A stretch of 64,000 nt of DNA, from IMG/VR virus record IMGVR_UViG_3300042542_006078. One strand, written 5' to 3'. Each line of letters begins with the position of its first letter. The first letter of the stretch is position 1. The position numbers were made by a program, and so were the translations under genes. The notes beneath the pieces are model-generated. The model saw only the letters and a list, made by a program, of their open reading frames with translations, was not told the DNA's origin and did not search any database. Shown piece by piece: positions 17,988-27,386 of the stretch. This stretch comes from a virus (lineage: Duplodnaviria > Caudoviricetes).

Positions 17988-18016
17988 AGTTCCTCATTTT
18001 TATTTAGATTAGAAAC

Positions 18017-18048
18017 AAAAAAACACCTGTCTAAGATAGACAGGTGTT
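18017..18048 (-). terminator. Intrinsic terminator
   Basis: 11-bp stem aacacctgtct/agacaggtgtt with A-run on + strand (U-run on minus). Confidence 0.75.
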
Positions 18049-18071
18049 CGATAATTTTATTTTTAATTAAA

Positions 18072-18311
18072 TCAACCGTTAATCCAAGTGCCACCAGAGC
18101 CGTTGGTATAATCTTCAATATTCTGAGTAACATCGGTGAAAACTTCACCATCGATGAGTTCAAGAACTTTGCGATCAGTACCAGAGACAGTTTCGATGTA
18201 GCCGGTACGCTGAACTGAAACACCGTTAACAACTGAGGTGTCGAGTGAACCTTCGGTGCCGAGGTTTCTTAAGGTCGGGGTGAGAGCAAGAGTGTATGTT
18301 GCCATAGTCAT
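18072..18311 (-). CDS. Small hypothetical protein, possibly structural
   Basis: AAGGG RBS; own terminator; Thr/Gly-rich. Confidence 0.65.
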   Translation of the reverse strand: MTMATYTLALTPTLRNLGTEGSLDTSVVNGVSVQRTGYIETVSGTDRKVLELIDGEVFTDVTQNIEDYTNGSGGTWING

Positions 18312-18370
18312 TTCCCTTTATAAAAGATAAAAGAGGTTACAATCTATATATGCTTCAAATTATAAATTAT

Positions 18371-18706
18371 TCAATTGGTTAATGGTTGAAGCGTAAAATT
18401 CAAGCGTCTTATGCCTGAATTGGCAGAAATGTCTACGCAAACCTTTCTGCTCATTGAGTCAAAAGATACTATTGTCCAATTTGGGTTTGTCAGAAACATC
18501 CTTCTTGGCAGCAATAGTTCGTAATAAACCCAAGTACCATTATTTATGTTGGAGTTTATAATATTTTGAGATAGATTTGAAATACTAATCACCTGTCCTG
18601 TTTCAATAACTATCGCTTTGCTCTTATCAAGATTGCTATTTAGCATGGCGAGCAAAGTTGCTTTTGGTAATGTTGCTAAATTTGTGCAAGGCTGTGAAAT
18701 AATCAT
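18371..18706 (-). CDS. Hypothetical protein
   Basis: ORF track. Confidence 0.55.
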   Translation of the reverse strand: MIISQPCTNLATLPKATLLAMLNSNLDKSKAIVIETGQVISISNLSQNIINSNINNGTWVYYELLLPRRMFLTNPNWTIVSFDSMSRKVCVDISANSGIRRLNFTLQPLTN

Positions 18707-18735
18707 AGGTTTTTTCTCTATTACTCTTGATATTT

Positions 18736-18972
18736 ATGGAAAACACTCAGCAAAAAGAAAACTGTTATTTTTATACTGACTGTTCATTGCCTGTGAGTGA
18801 GCAGATTATTCAGGTCATGTGCATGAATTGTCATGAAAAAAACCCAGAAATGGGCTGGTTTTGGGAAGGCTCAAGGCTCGGTTACGGTCCATTTGATTTT
18901 ATTTGCAATTTGTGTGGTCATGCTGTTCATGAAAAGAGGAGTAATGATGAAAGTCAGTCGTCCAGCAATTAA
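18736..18972 (+). CDS. Small Cys/His-rich putative Zn-binding protein
   Basis: CYFYTDC, CMNC, CNLCGH (track start 18727). Confidence 0.6.
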   Translation: MENTQQKENCYFYTDCSLPVSEQIIQVMCMNCHEKNPEMGWFWEGSRLGYGPFDFICNLCGHAVHEKRSNDESQSSSN

Positions 18973-19702
18973 ATTAATGAATGATAAATGGTCGGTTAAA
19001 GATTGGATACTCTCAAATTTCCCAGAAGATTATGAGAACATGACTTATGTTGAGCCATATGGAGGTGGAGCAAATCTGCTTTTTTGCAAAAATAAGTCAA
19101 AGTTTGAAGTCATCAATGATATAAATTTTGATTTAATTGACATTTTCAGAGCAATGAGAGATGATCCTAGCGAACTTGTAAAAAGACTGACTGGTCAAAA
19201 ATGCACTCAGGAAAACTTTGATAAAGCATCAATCAGAAAAGACTTTGATGATTACATGGATCACGCCGTTAATGATCTTTTTCTTCGGAAGACAAGTGCG
19301 AATGGATTAAAAGATAAATTCAGCAAGCCTTCTAGCCTTGAAACATGGAAGAAGAGTGTCAAGGAAATTTTTGAATATGCGAATAGAATCAAAGATGTAT
19401 ATATCTTGAATAAGCAGGCCTTAGATATTATTGAAAAGTTCAATATAGAAGATTCTTTTATTTATTGCGATCCTCCCTACCTTCATGAAAACAAGGTTTC
19501 CAAGGTTGTTTACAGTAGTGAAATGACACCAGAATGTCACATGAAGCTCTACCAAATTCTCGATAAATTTAAGGGCAAGGCAATAATAAGTGGATATATG
19601 TCGCCATTATATAAAAGAATATACAAAAATTGGAATATTGAAAAAAACACAATAAATAAAGGCAATTCCCGTGAAGTGGAAATTATATGGAAAAATTTTT
19701 AG
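18944..19702 (+). CDS. dam: DNA adenine methyltransferase (Dam/D12 class)
   Basis: YVEPYGGG, EVINDIN, FIYCDPPY; GAGGAG RBS before 18944/18947. Confidence 0.85.
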   Translation: MMKVSRPAIKLMNDKWSVKDWILSNFPEDYENMTYVEPYGGGANLLFCKNKSKFEVINDINFDLIDIFRAMRDDPSELVKRLTGQKCTQENFDKASIRKDFDDYMDHAVNDLFLRKTSANGLKDKFSKPSSLETWKKSVKEIFEYANRIKDVYILNKQALDIIEKFNIEDSFIYCDPPYLHENKVSKVVYSSEMTPECHMKLYQILDKFKGKAIISGYMSPLYKRIYKNWNIEKNTINKGNSREVEIIWKNF

Positions 19703-19948
19703 GTGGTTGTCATGAAATGTGAAATGCCAAATTGCGACAATGAAAGTACAAAAAAAATAAAAAACAGCGGTGTTTTTTATGGCATTTATGTAGAAGATGC
19801 CGAGATTGATGTTTGTGATCAACATCCAATTGCCGATATACAAAATATAATAAATGAAGTCTCTGTTGATAGCTGCATGGATTCACAATTGTGCAATCCA
19901 TTTGATGACATGGAAATGCTTAGAAAACAGAAAATTATGTCTAAATAA
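19703..19948 (+). CDS. Small hypothetical protein with CxxxxC/CxxH
   Basis: ORF abuts dam stop codon. Confidence 0.55.
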   Translation: MVVMKCEMPNCDNESTKKIKNSGVFYGIYVEDAEIDVCDQHPIADIQNIINEVSVDSCMDSQLCNPFDDMEMLRKQKIMSK

Positions 19949-19951
19949 TGC

Positions 19952-20146
19952 ATGGTACTTAATTTCAAAGAATTCATGTCTTTGTCGAAAGATTCTCCAC
20001 AAGGGACATCCGACCTAAAATCAGATGGTTTGACTGTTACTTTTTCAGGGGAAAGCTCGAAAAATAAAACGCCAAAACCTAAAAAATTGTCAGGTTTAGA
20101 TCCAGAAAAAATGTATGGAAAGATAAAAAAAAATGAACTTCCGTAA
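19952..20146 (+). CDS. Small hypothetical protein
   Basis: Starts MVLNFKEFM; TAAATA 4 nt upstream. Confidence 0.6.
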   Translation: MVLNFKEFMSLSKDSPQGTSDLKSDGLTVTFSGESSKNKTPKPKKLSGLDPEKMYGKIKKNELP

Positions 20147-20474
20147 ATTATGGGAAAACATGAAATACGCCAAAGATCAAGGTTCGGAATCTCCCGAAAT
20201 TGATCCTATGGCAGTTACAGCTATAAGAACAGGATTAGGAATTGGCGAATCATTTTGGGATGATTTTATTCAAATTCTCAACAATTCCGAAGGACTCTCT
20301 GCTTTGTTGGATATTTCAGTCGATGAAATTTCAACATGGAGGAAGAAGATAGAGGATGCCTTGTCGCAAGTTGGTGAGGAAGATGGTGATTTGGATGTTG
20401 GAAAAAACAAGAAACTAGTCAAAACTGGACAACCGGAAGAACCAGAAGATGATGAAGATTTCTCAGGAGCATAA
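20133..20474 (+). CDS. Acidic hypothetical protein
   Basis: Overlapping operon arrangement. Confidence 0.7.
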   Translation: MNFRKLWENMKYAKDQGSESPEIDPMAVTAIRTGLGIGESFWDDFIQILNNSEGLSALLDISVDEISTWRKKIEDALSQVGEEDGDLDVGKNKKLVKTGQPEEPEDDEDFSGA

Positions 20475-20477
20475 TAA

Positions 20478-20861
20478 ATGAAGACTTTTCTGCAATATAT
20501 CAAAGAACAAGGTGACGGCGAAGAAATGCAAACAGTTGCTCCTCCCGGCGACATGCCATTGGATAAAGAGTCTGGTGACGGTGACAAACCAATCGTCCCC
20601 GGAGATGGCCATTCTGAAAGACACAAGGAAAAGTTGAAGAATGCATTTAACAGATTCCTTAATGAAAAAATGCTTGTAGCGGTCAAACATGGAAAAATAT
20701 CTAAAGAAGACGCTCTAATGTTGTTGAAAACTGAAATATCGGCTTTCTCCAATATGATTGGCGCTGATGCAAATAGCGCAGGCACAGAAGGGAAGAATGC
20801 CATGGCAACCAATTCCGAACCTAGGTCGCCAATTCCAAATCAACCAACAGCGAGTGGCTAA
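20478..20861 (+). CDS. Hypothetical protein
   Basis: Starts MKTFLQYIKE. Confidence 0.7.
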   Translation: MKTFLQYIKEQGDGEEMQTVAPPGDMPLDKESGDGDKPIVPGDGHSERHKEKLKNAFNRFLNEKMLVAVKHGKISKEDALMLLKTEISAFSNMIGADANSAGTEGKNAMATNSEPRSPIPNQPTASG

Positions 20862-20862
20862 A

Positions 20863-22020
20863 ATGAGGCGTGGAAGAATTGTTTCTAGTGATATTACAAG
20901 AAAAAAAATACAAGAAGCTCTTAAAAACAAGCCTTCTATAAACGACAATGCTCCTACTCCGCAGCAAATCAACGATTCCAGAAAGAACATTAAAAAAAAC
21001 CATTCAAATAAAAATGTAGTTACAAATAAAGTAATAAGACATAGAAATCAACCTGTAAAAAGGGCTACTACTCAATTTTTGACAAATGCGGCAAGTAAAA
21101 CTACAAAACTTATTCTTCCCGAGCGTGGCAGTTTCAATGCTGGAATTCTTGATTTGGGAAATAAGATTCTTTGTGTTTATAGGCCAGACGAAATTCAACT
21201 CGTTGCCTGTTTTTTGAATTATGATTACAGCGTAATACCTGATTCATTTTATAGATTCAGCTTATTGCTTGCAGCCGATCCAAGGCTAATTCTCACTCCA
21301 GACAATAAAGTTTTAATGTCATATTCAAAATATGAATCAAATAGTTCAAAAGAACATATTGATGGCAATATAATCATGGACTTGAATAAGTCAGACAACA
21401 AAATATTTTTAAGTGAAACAATAAGAATAAGCCCCGAGTGGATGAAAAACAGGCAAAAAAATTGGATGCCTTTCATTCATGAGGAAAAACTATATTTCAT
21501 ATCAACAGTTTGTCCTCATGCAATTTATAATGTAGACTGGAATGGTAAAACACAATCTTCTTTAGTGCATAGCACTAATTGGGAAAATAATTGGTTTTGC
21601 AAAGAACCACTGAGAGGAAACACCAATGCCATTTTGATGAATGATGGCAATTATATTTGCACATTTCATACTGCTTCAAGATTGGAAAATTGCCACTTTT
21701 ACGATAATGGAGCCTATATTTTTGAAGGACATCCTCCTTTCAAACCTTTGTTTGCTGCCAATAGAACATATCTTCGTGCAGAGGCTGCTAGAGAACCACA
21801 CTACAGAAAAGAAGGTCTAATTGTTTGTACATTTCCGATAGGCATGATGATGCGTGATGAGAAATTAATTATAAGTTATGGCGACAATGATTCTTGTGTT
21901 AAAATTATGGAAACCACATTGGAAGAAATGAAAAAAACCATGATGCCAGTAAAAAATGTTTCTACGAGCGTTAAGTTTAATCAATCTGACAATATGTCAG
22001 AAAATGTTCCAATGATATGA
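20863..22020 (+). CDS. Basic N-terminal region plus GH130/GH43-like beta-propeller
   Basis: FNAGI, ADPRL, QKNWMPF, LRGNT, FPIG..ISYGDND; start placed just after upstream stop (track 20758). Confidence 0.65.
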   Translation: MRRGRIVSSDITRKKIQEALKNKPSINDNAPTPQQINDSRKNIKKNHSNKNVVTNKVIRHRNQPVKRATTQFLTNAASKTTKLILPERGSFNAGILDLGNKILCVYRPDEIQLVACFLNYDYSVIPDSFYRFSLLLAADPRLILTPDNKVLMSYSKYESNSSKEHIDGNIIMDLNKSDNKIFLSETIRISPEWMKNRQKNWMPFIHEEKLYFISTVCPHAIYNVDWNGKTQSSLVHSTNWENNWFCKEPLRGNTNAILMNDGNYICTFHTASRLENCHFYDNGAYIFEGHPPFKPLFAANRTYLRAEAAREPHYRKEGLIVCTFPIGMMMRDEKLIISYGDNDSCVKIMETTLEEMKKTMMPVKNVSTSVKFNQSDNMSENVPMI

Positions 22021-22037
22021 ATTAGAGGAAAGATTAT

Positions 22038-23123
22038 ATGCATTATGTTCATCGTATGACTTTGATGATTCACACAGCTTCTTGCGATAATTTTTTAGAA
22101 TCGCAGGGAATACCAAGTTATTATGAGGCTTTGCTGAGAAATTTAAGCAGACAATCTTTGCGTGAATTTGAACTTGTTTATGTTGATAGTTTTTACGAAG
22201 AAAACAGAGAGAAATTTGATAGATTGCTATCAGGATTAAATTTCATAGCAAAGCATGTTCCTATTCATAAGGACCACAGATATTGGTTTGATAAAGGCTA
22301 TTGTTATATTGCTGCTGCAAAAAATACAGGTATTTTGCATGCCGATGGCGAATTGCTTGTTACATGTGATGATGGAGAGTTTTTCCCAGACGATTTTTTA
22401 CAGCGTTACTGGAGTCATTATAAATCAGGTCATTATATGCTGGGCATGCATAATAGACTCAGGTCTATCAAGACAGAAAACGGAATACCTGTTTTCCCTA
22501 TACAAGGTGAAATTTATATAAACGACAATAGATTTAATCAACTTTACATTAACGCCAGCCCATCTTCAAAAAGCAATAATATTTTTCAACATAATAATGG
22601 GAGTTGGGCCTATGCTGGCACTAGTTTCTCTTTGCTAGATGCTCTTGAACTCAATGGTTTCAACGAAAGGATGGATGGATGTAAAAGTCTTGATGATTGT
22701 GATTTTGGTAACCGTTTACAAATTCTAGGAAGAAAATTTGTACAAGACAAAAAAGGCATATTTTATATATTGGATCATCCTAGCTATGCAGACATGACTC
22801 CAGCAAACTGGGAAGTTGGATTGGACGGTCAATCAAATCAACTTCCTCCTCCCACAAGAAGGAAAAAGATTGATAATTTAATTGCAGTTGAAAATTATGG
22901 CACATTGCGCTGTTCAGTTGAGCTTAAGGAAATAAAAGCGAATGTAAAACCATTAACTGACAATCATTTGAATATAATTCAAAGAGAAACCATACACTAT
23001 AGAAAATTTGACCCATTGGCACCAGAAAATGCTGAAAAGTTCTCAATATGGAAAGGTGTACCAACATTTGATTTGGTCAAACAAAGACAAGAACTGAGAA
23101 CATCAAAAGAATGGAGATGGTAA
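22038..23123 (+). CDS. Glycosyltransferase family 2 (GT-A fold)
   Basis: KNTGILHADGELLVTCDDG; GFNERMDG..DDCDFGNRL. Confidence 0.8.
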   Translation: MHYVHRMTLMIHTASCDNFLESQGIPSYYEALLRNLSRQSLREFELVYVDSFYEENREKFDRLLSGLNFIAKHVPIHKDHRYWFDKGYCYIAAAKNTGILHADGELLVTCDDGEFFPDDFLQRYWSHYKSGHYMLGMHNRLRSIKTENGIPVFPIQGEIYINDNRFNQLYINASPSSKSNNIFQHNNGSWAYAGTSFSLLDALELNGFNERMDGCKSLDDCDFGNRLQILGRKFVQDKKGIFYILDHPSYADMTPANWEVGLDGQSNQLPPPTRRKKIDNLIAVENYGTLRCSVELKEIKANVKPLTDNHLNIIQRETIHYRKFDPLAPENAEKFSIWKGVPTFDLVKQRQELRTSKEWRW

Positions 23124-23746
23124 TGGATATTACAAGTTTTTTAGATATACATCTTGGCACCATTGATGGATGGTGCGAAAAAGACAAGGCCAAGAAGCTC
23201 TATGAAATAATTTGTGAAATAAAGCCTAGTTTGTGCGTTGAGATTGGTGTTTTTGGAGGCTCATCTTTGCTTCCTCAGGCTCTTGCCATCAAGCATAATA
23301 CAAAAGGTGTTATAGTTGGCATTGATCCTTGGAGCAATTCTTGTGCTATAGAGGCTATGGAGAATAAAGCCAATAAAAATTGGTGGGGAAATGTTGATCT
23401 TGAATCAGTATACAAGAAATTTTTACAAAAAATTAAATTATATGAAGTTGAAGATTTTGTTCAAGTATATCGTAATAAATCCTCGGAAGTTGTAAATCGT
23501 TTTGATGACAATAGCATTGATGTTCTACACATTGATGGTAATCATTGCGAAAAAATTTCTTATGCGGATGCAATTAATTATTATCCAAAAGTCAAAATAG
23601 GTGGTTATATTTTCTTTGACGACATCAACTGGAGCGAGAACATGAAAGATATTTCTACTGAAAAGGGATTAAAATATCTCTTGCAATTCTCTGAAGAGAT
23701 GGGCGTTTTTGGCAAAGACTGCTTGTTGATGAAAAAAGTAAAGTGA
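23111..23746 (+). CDS. Class I SAM methyltransferase (Methyltransf_24-like)
   Basis: VEIGVFGGSS, IDVLHIDGNH, GGYIFFDD. Confidence 0.85.
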   Translation: MEMVMDITSFLDIHLGTIDGWCEKDKAKKLYEIICEIKPSLCVEIGVFGGSSLLPQALAIKHNTKGVIVGIDPWSNSCAIEAMENKANKNWWGNVDLESVYKKFLQKIKLYEVEDFVQVYRNKSSEVVNRFDDNSIDVLHIDGNHCEKISYADAINYYPKVKIGGYIFFDDINWSENMKDISTEKGLKYLLQFSEEMGVFGKDCLLMKKVK

Positions 23747-23788
23747 AGATAATATTCCTCCTAAGCCATAAATAGCAATAGGGGGCAT

Positions 23789-24217
23789 ATGAATCAAAAT
23801 TTTACTACAGATCAGGTTCAAGAACAGCTTGTGCAATTACAAGTTTTTTTAGAAGAAGCCAAGCAAAAGTGGGATTCAGAAAATCCACAACCAAAATCAT
23901 GGTTCGATAAGAACAAGGCATATATTGTTAAAACAACTATTTTTTTGATAGGAATAACTGATAATCTTATCAATTTAGTTGAAACATTTTTGCTTAAAGG
24001 GCCGGATAAAAAGATTGCTGTTTTAGCAATTGCCACGCAACTTTTTGACTATGTTGCTTCAAAAGCATTTCCAATATGGATTTCTCCATTTGTTCCAGTT
24101 ATCAAGCAAATAGTAATATCAATAATAATCAGCAATATGATTGAATTCATAGTTTCTAAATACAAAGAAGGTGCTTGGAAATGGGAGAATAAAACAGATG
24201 CCTCTAGAACAGTGTGA
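23789..24217 (+). CDS. Putative membrane protein
   Basis: Hydrophobic/amphipathic segments; overlaps S8 gene. Confidence 0.6.
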   Translation: MNQNFTTDQVQEQLVQLQVFLEEAKQKWDSENPQPKSWFDKNKAYIVKTTIFLIGITDNLINLVETFLLKGPDKKIAVLAIATQLFDYVASKAFPIWISPFVPVIKQIVISIIISNMIEFIVSKYKEGAWKWENKTDASRTV

Positions 24218-25145
24218 TATTATCAATTTACTTCCTTTTGTTCGTGAAGACATTGCGACAGTGCAAGATGTCCAACAAAGAGCAGGATGGGAAATTACTG
24301 CTTTCAATCTTTTGGATACTTGGTCTTTGACACAGGGAGAAGGCGTTGTTGTCGCAGTCCTCGATACAGGTTGTGATTTGAATCACGATGACCTCAAGGG
24401 AAATCTTTTAGAAGGCAGAAATTTTGTAAAAAAAGGCATGCCTCCAATAGATGATCAAGGCCATGGAAGCCATGTGGCGGGAACTATTTGCGCTTTGAAC
24501 AATGATTTTGGAGTAGTTGGAGTTGCGCCAAAAGCGAAAGTCATGCCTGTCAAAGTTTTGGACAGCAAAGGAGCAGGTAATCTGTCAGTTGTGGCAGAAG
24601 GGATCAAATGGTCTGCTGATCAAGGTGTTGATTTTATCGTAATGTCTCTTGGTTCTCCGACACCTACACCTGTGATTTATGATGCAATTAAATATGCAGA
24701 ATCAAAAGGTGTTGTAACTTGGTGTGCAGCAGGCAACGCTGGCAAGACAAGACAGATATTTTATCCAGCCGCTTATCCAGAAGTTATTGGAATAGGCGCT
24801 ATTGATGAGAATTTGCATCGTGCCAACTTTAGTTGCACAGGCCCAGATCTTGATTTTTTGGCACCGGGTGTTGGAATTTTAAGTACAGTGCCTGATAATT
24901 GGTATGCAATTTTATCTGGCACATCTATGTCAACTCCTTTCGCAGCAGGAGTTGGTTGCTTGCTTCTTTCTCATAAAAGAAAAATACAACTTGGAATCAA
25001 TCTTAAAACAGCAAAAGATTATATTGATGTTTTGAGAAATTATACTATTCCAACAACCGATCCTAAATTCGCAAATCAAAATTTTTTAGAGGGATTTGGA
25101 ATTATTGATCCACGCAAAGTTACAGAATGGATGCAGCGCAACTAA
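24198..25145 (+). CDS. Subtilisin-like S8 serine protease
   Basis: VAVLDTG, HGSHVAG, AAGN, SGTSMST (track start 24171). Confidence 0.95.
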   Translation: MPLEQCDIINLLPFVREDIATVQDVQQRAGWEITAFNLLDTWSLTQGEGVVVAVLDTGCDLNHDDLKGNLLEGRNFVKKGMPPIDDQGHGSHVAGTICALNNDFGVVGVAPKAKVMPVKVLDSKGAGNLSVVAEGIKWSADQGVDFIVMSLGSPTPTPVIYDAIKYAESKGVVTWCAAGNAGKTRQIFYPAAYPEVIGIGAIDENLHRANFSCTGPDLDFLAPGVGILSTVPDNWYAILSGTSMSTPFAAGVGCLLLSHKRKIQLGINLKTAKDYIDVLRNYTIPTTDPKFANQNFLEGFGIIDPRKVTEWMQRN

Positions 25146-25729
25146 TCTTTTGAAGGCAATACTGCTGGAGGGAGATCATAAAATATAAAATCTTGTTCGC
25201 TGCTCAAGCTGCCATATCCTTTTTGGCCTTCTTTTCCACCTTTTGCCTGACTTTGTACTTTTCCATCTTTTTCTCCTGATCCTTTCTTTTCTCCAATAAC
25301 TCCTTTTCCTTGAGCTATTTGCTGCATTGCTTTTGCAAGTTTTTGGTGCATTTGTTCCGAGTATGGTAATTTATAAACTCTTGGTTCTTTTCTTTTCTTA
25401 ATCTTGAAAGGAAACAAGTGGTTTTCATTTTGTTCTTCTTCTTCGATGCTTGATGCCCAAATCAATATGCTGCCAGAATCTGCTGTTTTTAATTTTGATG
25501 GTTCTTTAACCAAAGACCAATGAACCGTGAATTTTTCTGGCATAACTTGTTCTGTCGGCCATCCTGACAAACTACTTACAGAGTGCCAAAGACCTAAACT
25601 AAAGTAAAGTACTACCGAAACCACAATTGCTTTGAGCCACCAATATCCTTTGCCGAGAATGATATACCATAAACACATAGCAGAAATAATCACAAATGTG
25701 ATTGAAATCCCGATGATTGTGTTGTCCAT
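25142..25729 (-). CDS. Membrane-anchored protein (2 N-terminal TM helices) of the ExbB-like trio
   Basis: Two hydrophobic helices followed by soluble domain; AAGGA RBS. Confidence 0.7.
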   Translation of the reverse strand: MDNTIIGISITFVIISAMCLWYIILGKGYWWLKAIVVSVVLYFSLGLWHSVSSLSGWPTEQVMPEKFTVHWSLVKEPSKLKTADSGSILIWASSIEEEEQNENHLFPFKIKKRKEPRVYKLPYSEQMHQKLAKAMQQIAQGKGVIGEKKGSGEKDGKVQSQAKGGKEGQKGYGSLSSEQDFIFYDLPPAVLPSKD

Positions 25730-25737
25730 TTTTTTCC

Positions 25738-26373
25738 TTACGGTGCTGATGGCACCTCAAATGTGTTCTGCTTTGTCCTTCCAATCATCTTTTTCTGAAT
25801 TGTGTTTGATGATTCTATTTCGCCATTTTTGTTTAATTTGAAACGAAGAGCAGTTTTTTCATCACCTTGTGAATCCAAAACCACTTGACTTATCATCATT
25901 GTTTTAAGTTTTGGATTTACTTTGTCGATCTGAATAGTGACAGGGCATGGTCTTTTATCATTCATTTTATAAGCATGAACATTAACGCAATACTCACCAA
26001 CATGGAATCCACGGAATGTGATAATCTCTCGATTGTAGGGATATTTCATAGGCCCTTGAGGGGTTTCCACCATGTCGTTTCGGAATCCCAAATCGTCACG
26101 GTCAAGGTGCATAAGTCCAACCTCTCTGCTCCTGAAAAAAACAAGATTGCCAAGAGGGTCTTCGACATATATGTCTATATCGTTGTCCATATCATCTGGC
26201 CATGTCATAGTGACGATTAACTCTGCCTTAACTTCGACAGATGATTTGCTTTGATCTTTATTTTGGTTTATGAGAGCAAACGACAATACGAAAAGAGCCG
26301 TAAATGCAAGAAGCATATTAAAAAGCAAATCCAAAAAAGATGTATTGCAACTATAGTGCTTTCTATTGATCAT
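25738..26373 (-). CDS. Single-TM ExbD/MotB-like partner with DUF2135/YfaP-like soluble domain
   Basis: TM SFLDLLFNMLLAF with conserved-type Asp; WPDDMDNDIDIYVEDPLG, HLDRDD; ATGA overlap with upstream gene. Confidence 0.65.
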   Translation of the reverse strand: MINRKHYSCNTSFLDLLFNMLLAFTALFVLSFALINQNKDQSKSSVEVKAELIVTMTWPDDMDNDIDIYVEDPLGNLVFFRSREVGLMHLDRDDLGFRNDMVETPQGPMKYPYNREIITFRGFHVGEYCVNVHAYKMNDKRPCPVTIQIDKVNPKLKTMMISQVVLDSQGDEKTALRFKLNKNGEIESSNTIQKKMIGRTKQNTFEVPSAP

Positions 26374-26879
26374 TTTGCTTCCTGTTTTTGCGCTATTTTG
26401 TTCAGATGCAAACCAAGAATCAATGCTTGCATTTTTAGACATTGTCCGCAGATCAAACCAACTAGTGTCGTATACAAAGCAGTTGCCATGCTCTTTCCTA
26501 GTTCTGACAAAAGTCCCTGAATGGTTTGTTGGTTTGATATATCGAGGTTTTCAAAACCTGCCAACATCATGCAGAATCCCACTATTGTTCCCAACATCCC
26601 AAGATTGAGGCAAAGCTCACTTGTGAACCAGATTGTTTCTTCTCTTCTTGCAAAAGATTCGATCTTTTCTTTGGTAATATTGTTTTCATTTTCAGTCAAG
26701 AAGATATCTCTGCCACATTTAATGCTCATAATGTAAAATATAACTATGGTAGCAATGCTTAAGTAGCTTGCATCTTTTTCCCAGAGTACTTTTACGAATC
26801 CAAGGTAAAAGGAAAAGACTGTTGCCACAATGAATAATGTGAACAAAAGCCACCATTTAAGAAATGATTCAAATTTCAT
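26370..26879 (-). CDS. MotA/TolQ/ExbB proton-channel family protein
   Basis: LGMLGTIVGF and MATALYTTLVGL helices. Confidence 0.85.
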   Translation of the reverse strand: MKFESFLKWWLLFTLFIVATVFSFYLGFVKVLWEKDASYLSIATIVIFYIMSIKCGRDIFLTENENNITKEKIESFARREETIWFTSELCLNLGMLGTIVGFCMMLAGFENLDISNQQTIQGLLSELGKSMATALYTTLVGLICGQCLKMQALILGLHLNKIAQKQEAK

Positions 26880-27384
26880 TTTGAGCCTTTTTGTTTTTGA
26901 GTTTATCTACTTTCTGCTTCAATTCATTCGCCAATTCGTAATTTTCTTCAGAAATTGCCAATTGCATTTTGGATTGCAATATGACAATTTCATCTTCTGT
27001 GTTTAGATAAAATCCTGTCGTATCATGTTTTTTTGGTCTTTTGCCAATATGTTTGTATCCAACCTGACATTTTGTAATCATTGCCAGAATCTTGTCTCTG
27101 AATGATTCGTAGCACATGTCGCATCCAAGTCTTGATTTTTTGACAATGTCTTCAAAGCAACAATTGCATTGAGAACACTTTTTTATATCTTTTTGATATT
27201 TATCTGTTATATTTTCAATGATGCCCATAAGTTCTTCAAGGGCTTCCACGCTATTTTTTTTGTATTGTAAATAAGCGCACTTTTCGCAAACCATTTTTTG
27301 CACAAATTCGCCGCCATCAGAAACTAGTATCTGATAAGACTTCGAGTTTGGACAAGGCGTTCCATTAAGAGGACAGTTTTCCAT
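26869..27384 (-). CDS. mcsA: McsA-like protein (CxxC motifs + UVR domain)
   Basis: VCEKCA, CSQC..F..I.K.SRLGCDMCY..F, HIGKRP, AISEENYELANELK (track start 27390). Confidence 0.8.
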   Translation of the reverse strand: MENCPLNGTPCPNSKSYQILVSDGGEFVQKMVCEKCAYLQYKKNSVEALEELMGIIENITDKYQKDIKKCSQCNCCFEDIVKKSRLGCDMCYESFRDKILAMITKCQVGYKHIGKRPKKHDTTGFYLNTEDEIVILQSKMQLAISEENYELANELKQKVDKLKNKKAQNEI

Positions 27385-27386
27385 AT

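Noticed and set aside
25142-26879. Zorya ZorAB anti-phage system
   Set aside because: The MotA-like protein has no long cytoplasmic tail, the partner has no OmpA-like domain, and no ZorC/D/E effectors are present.
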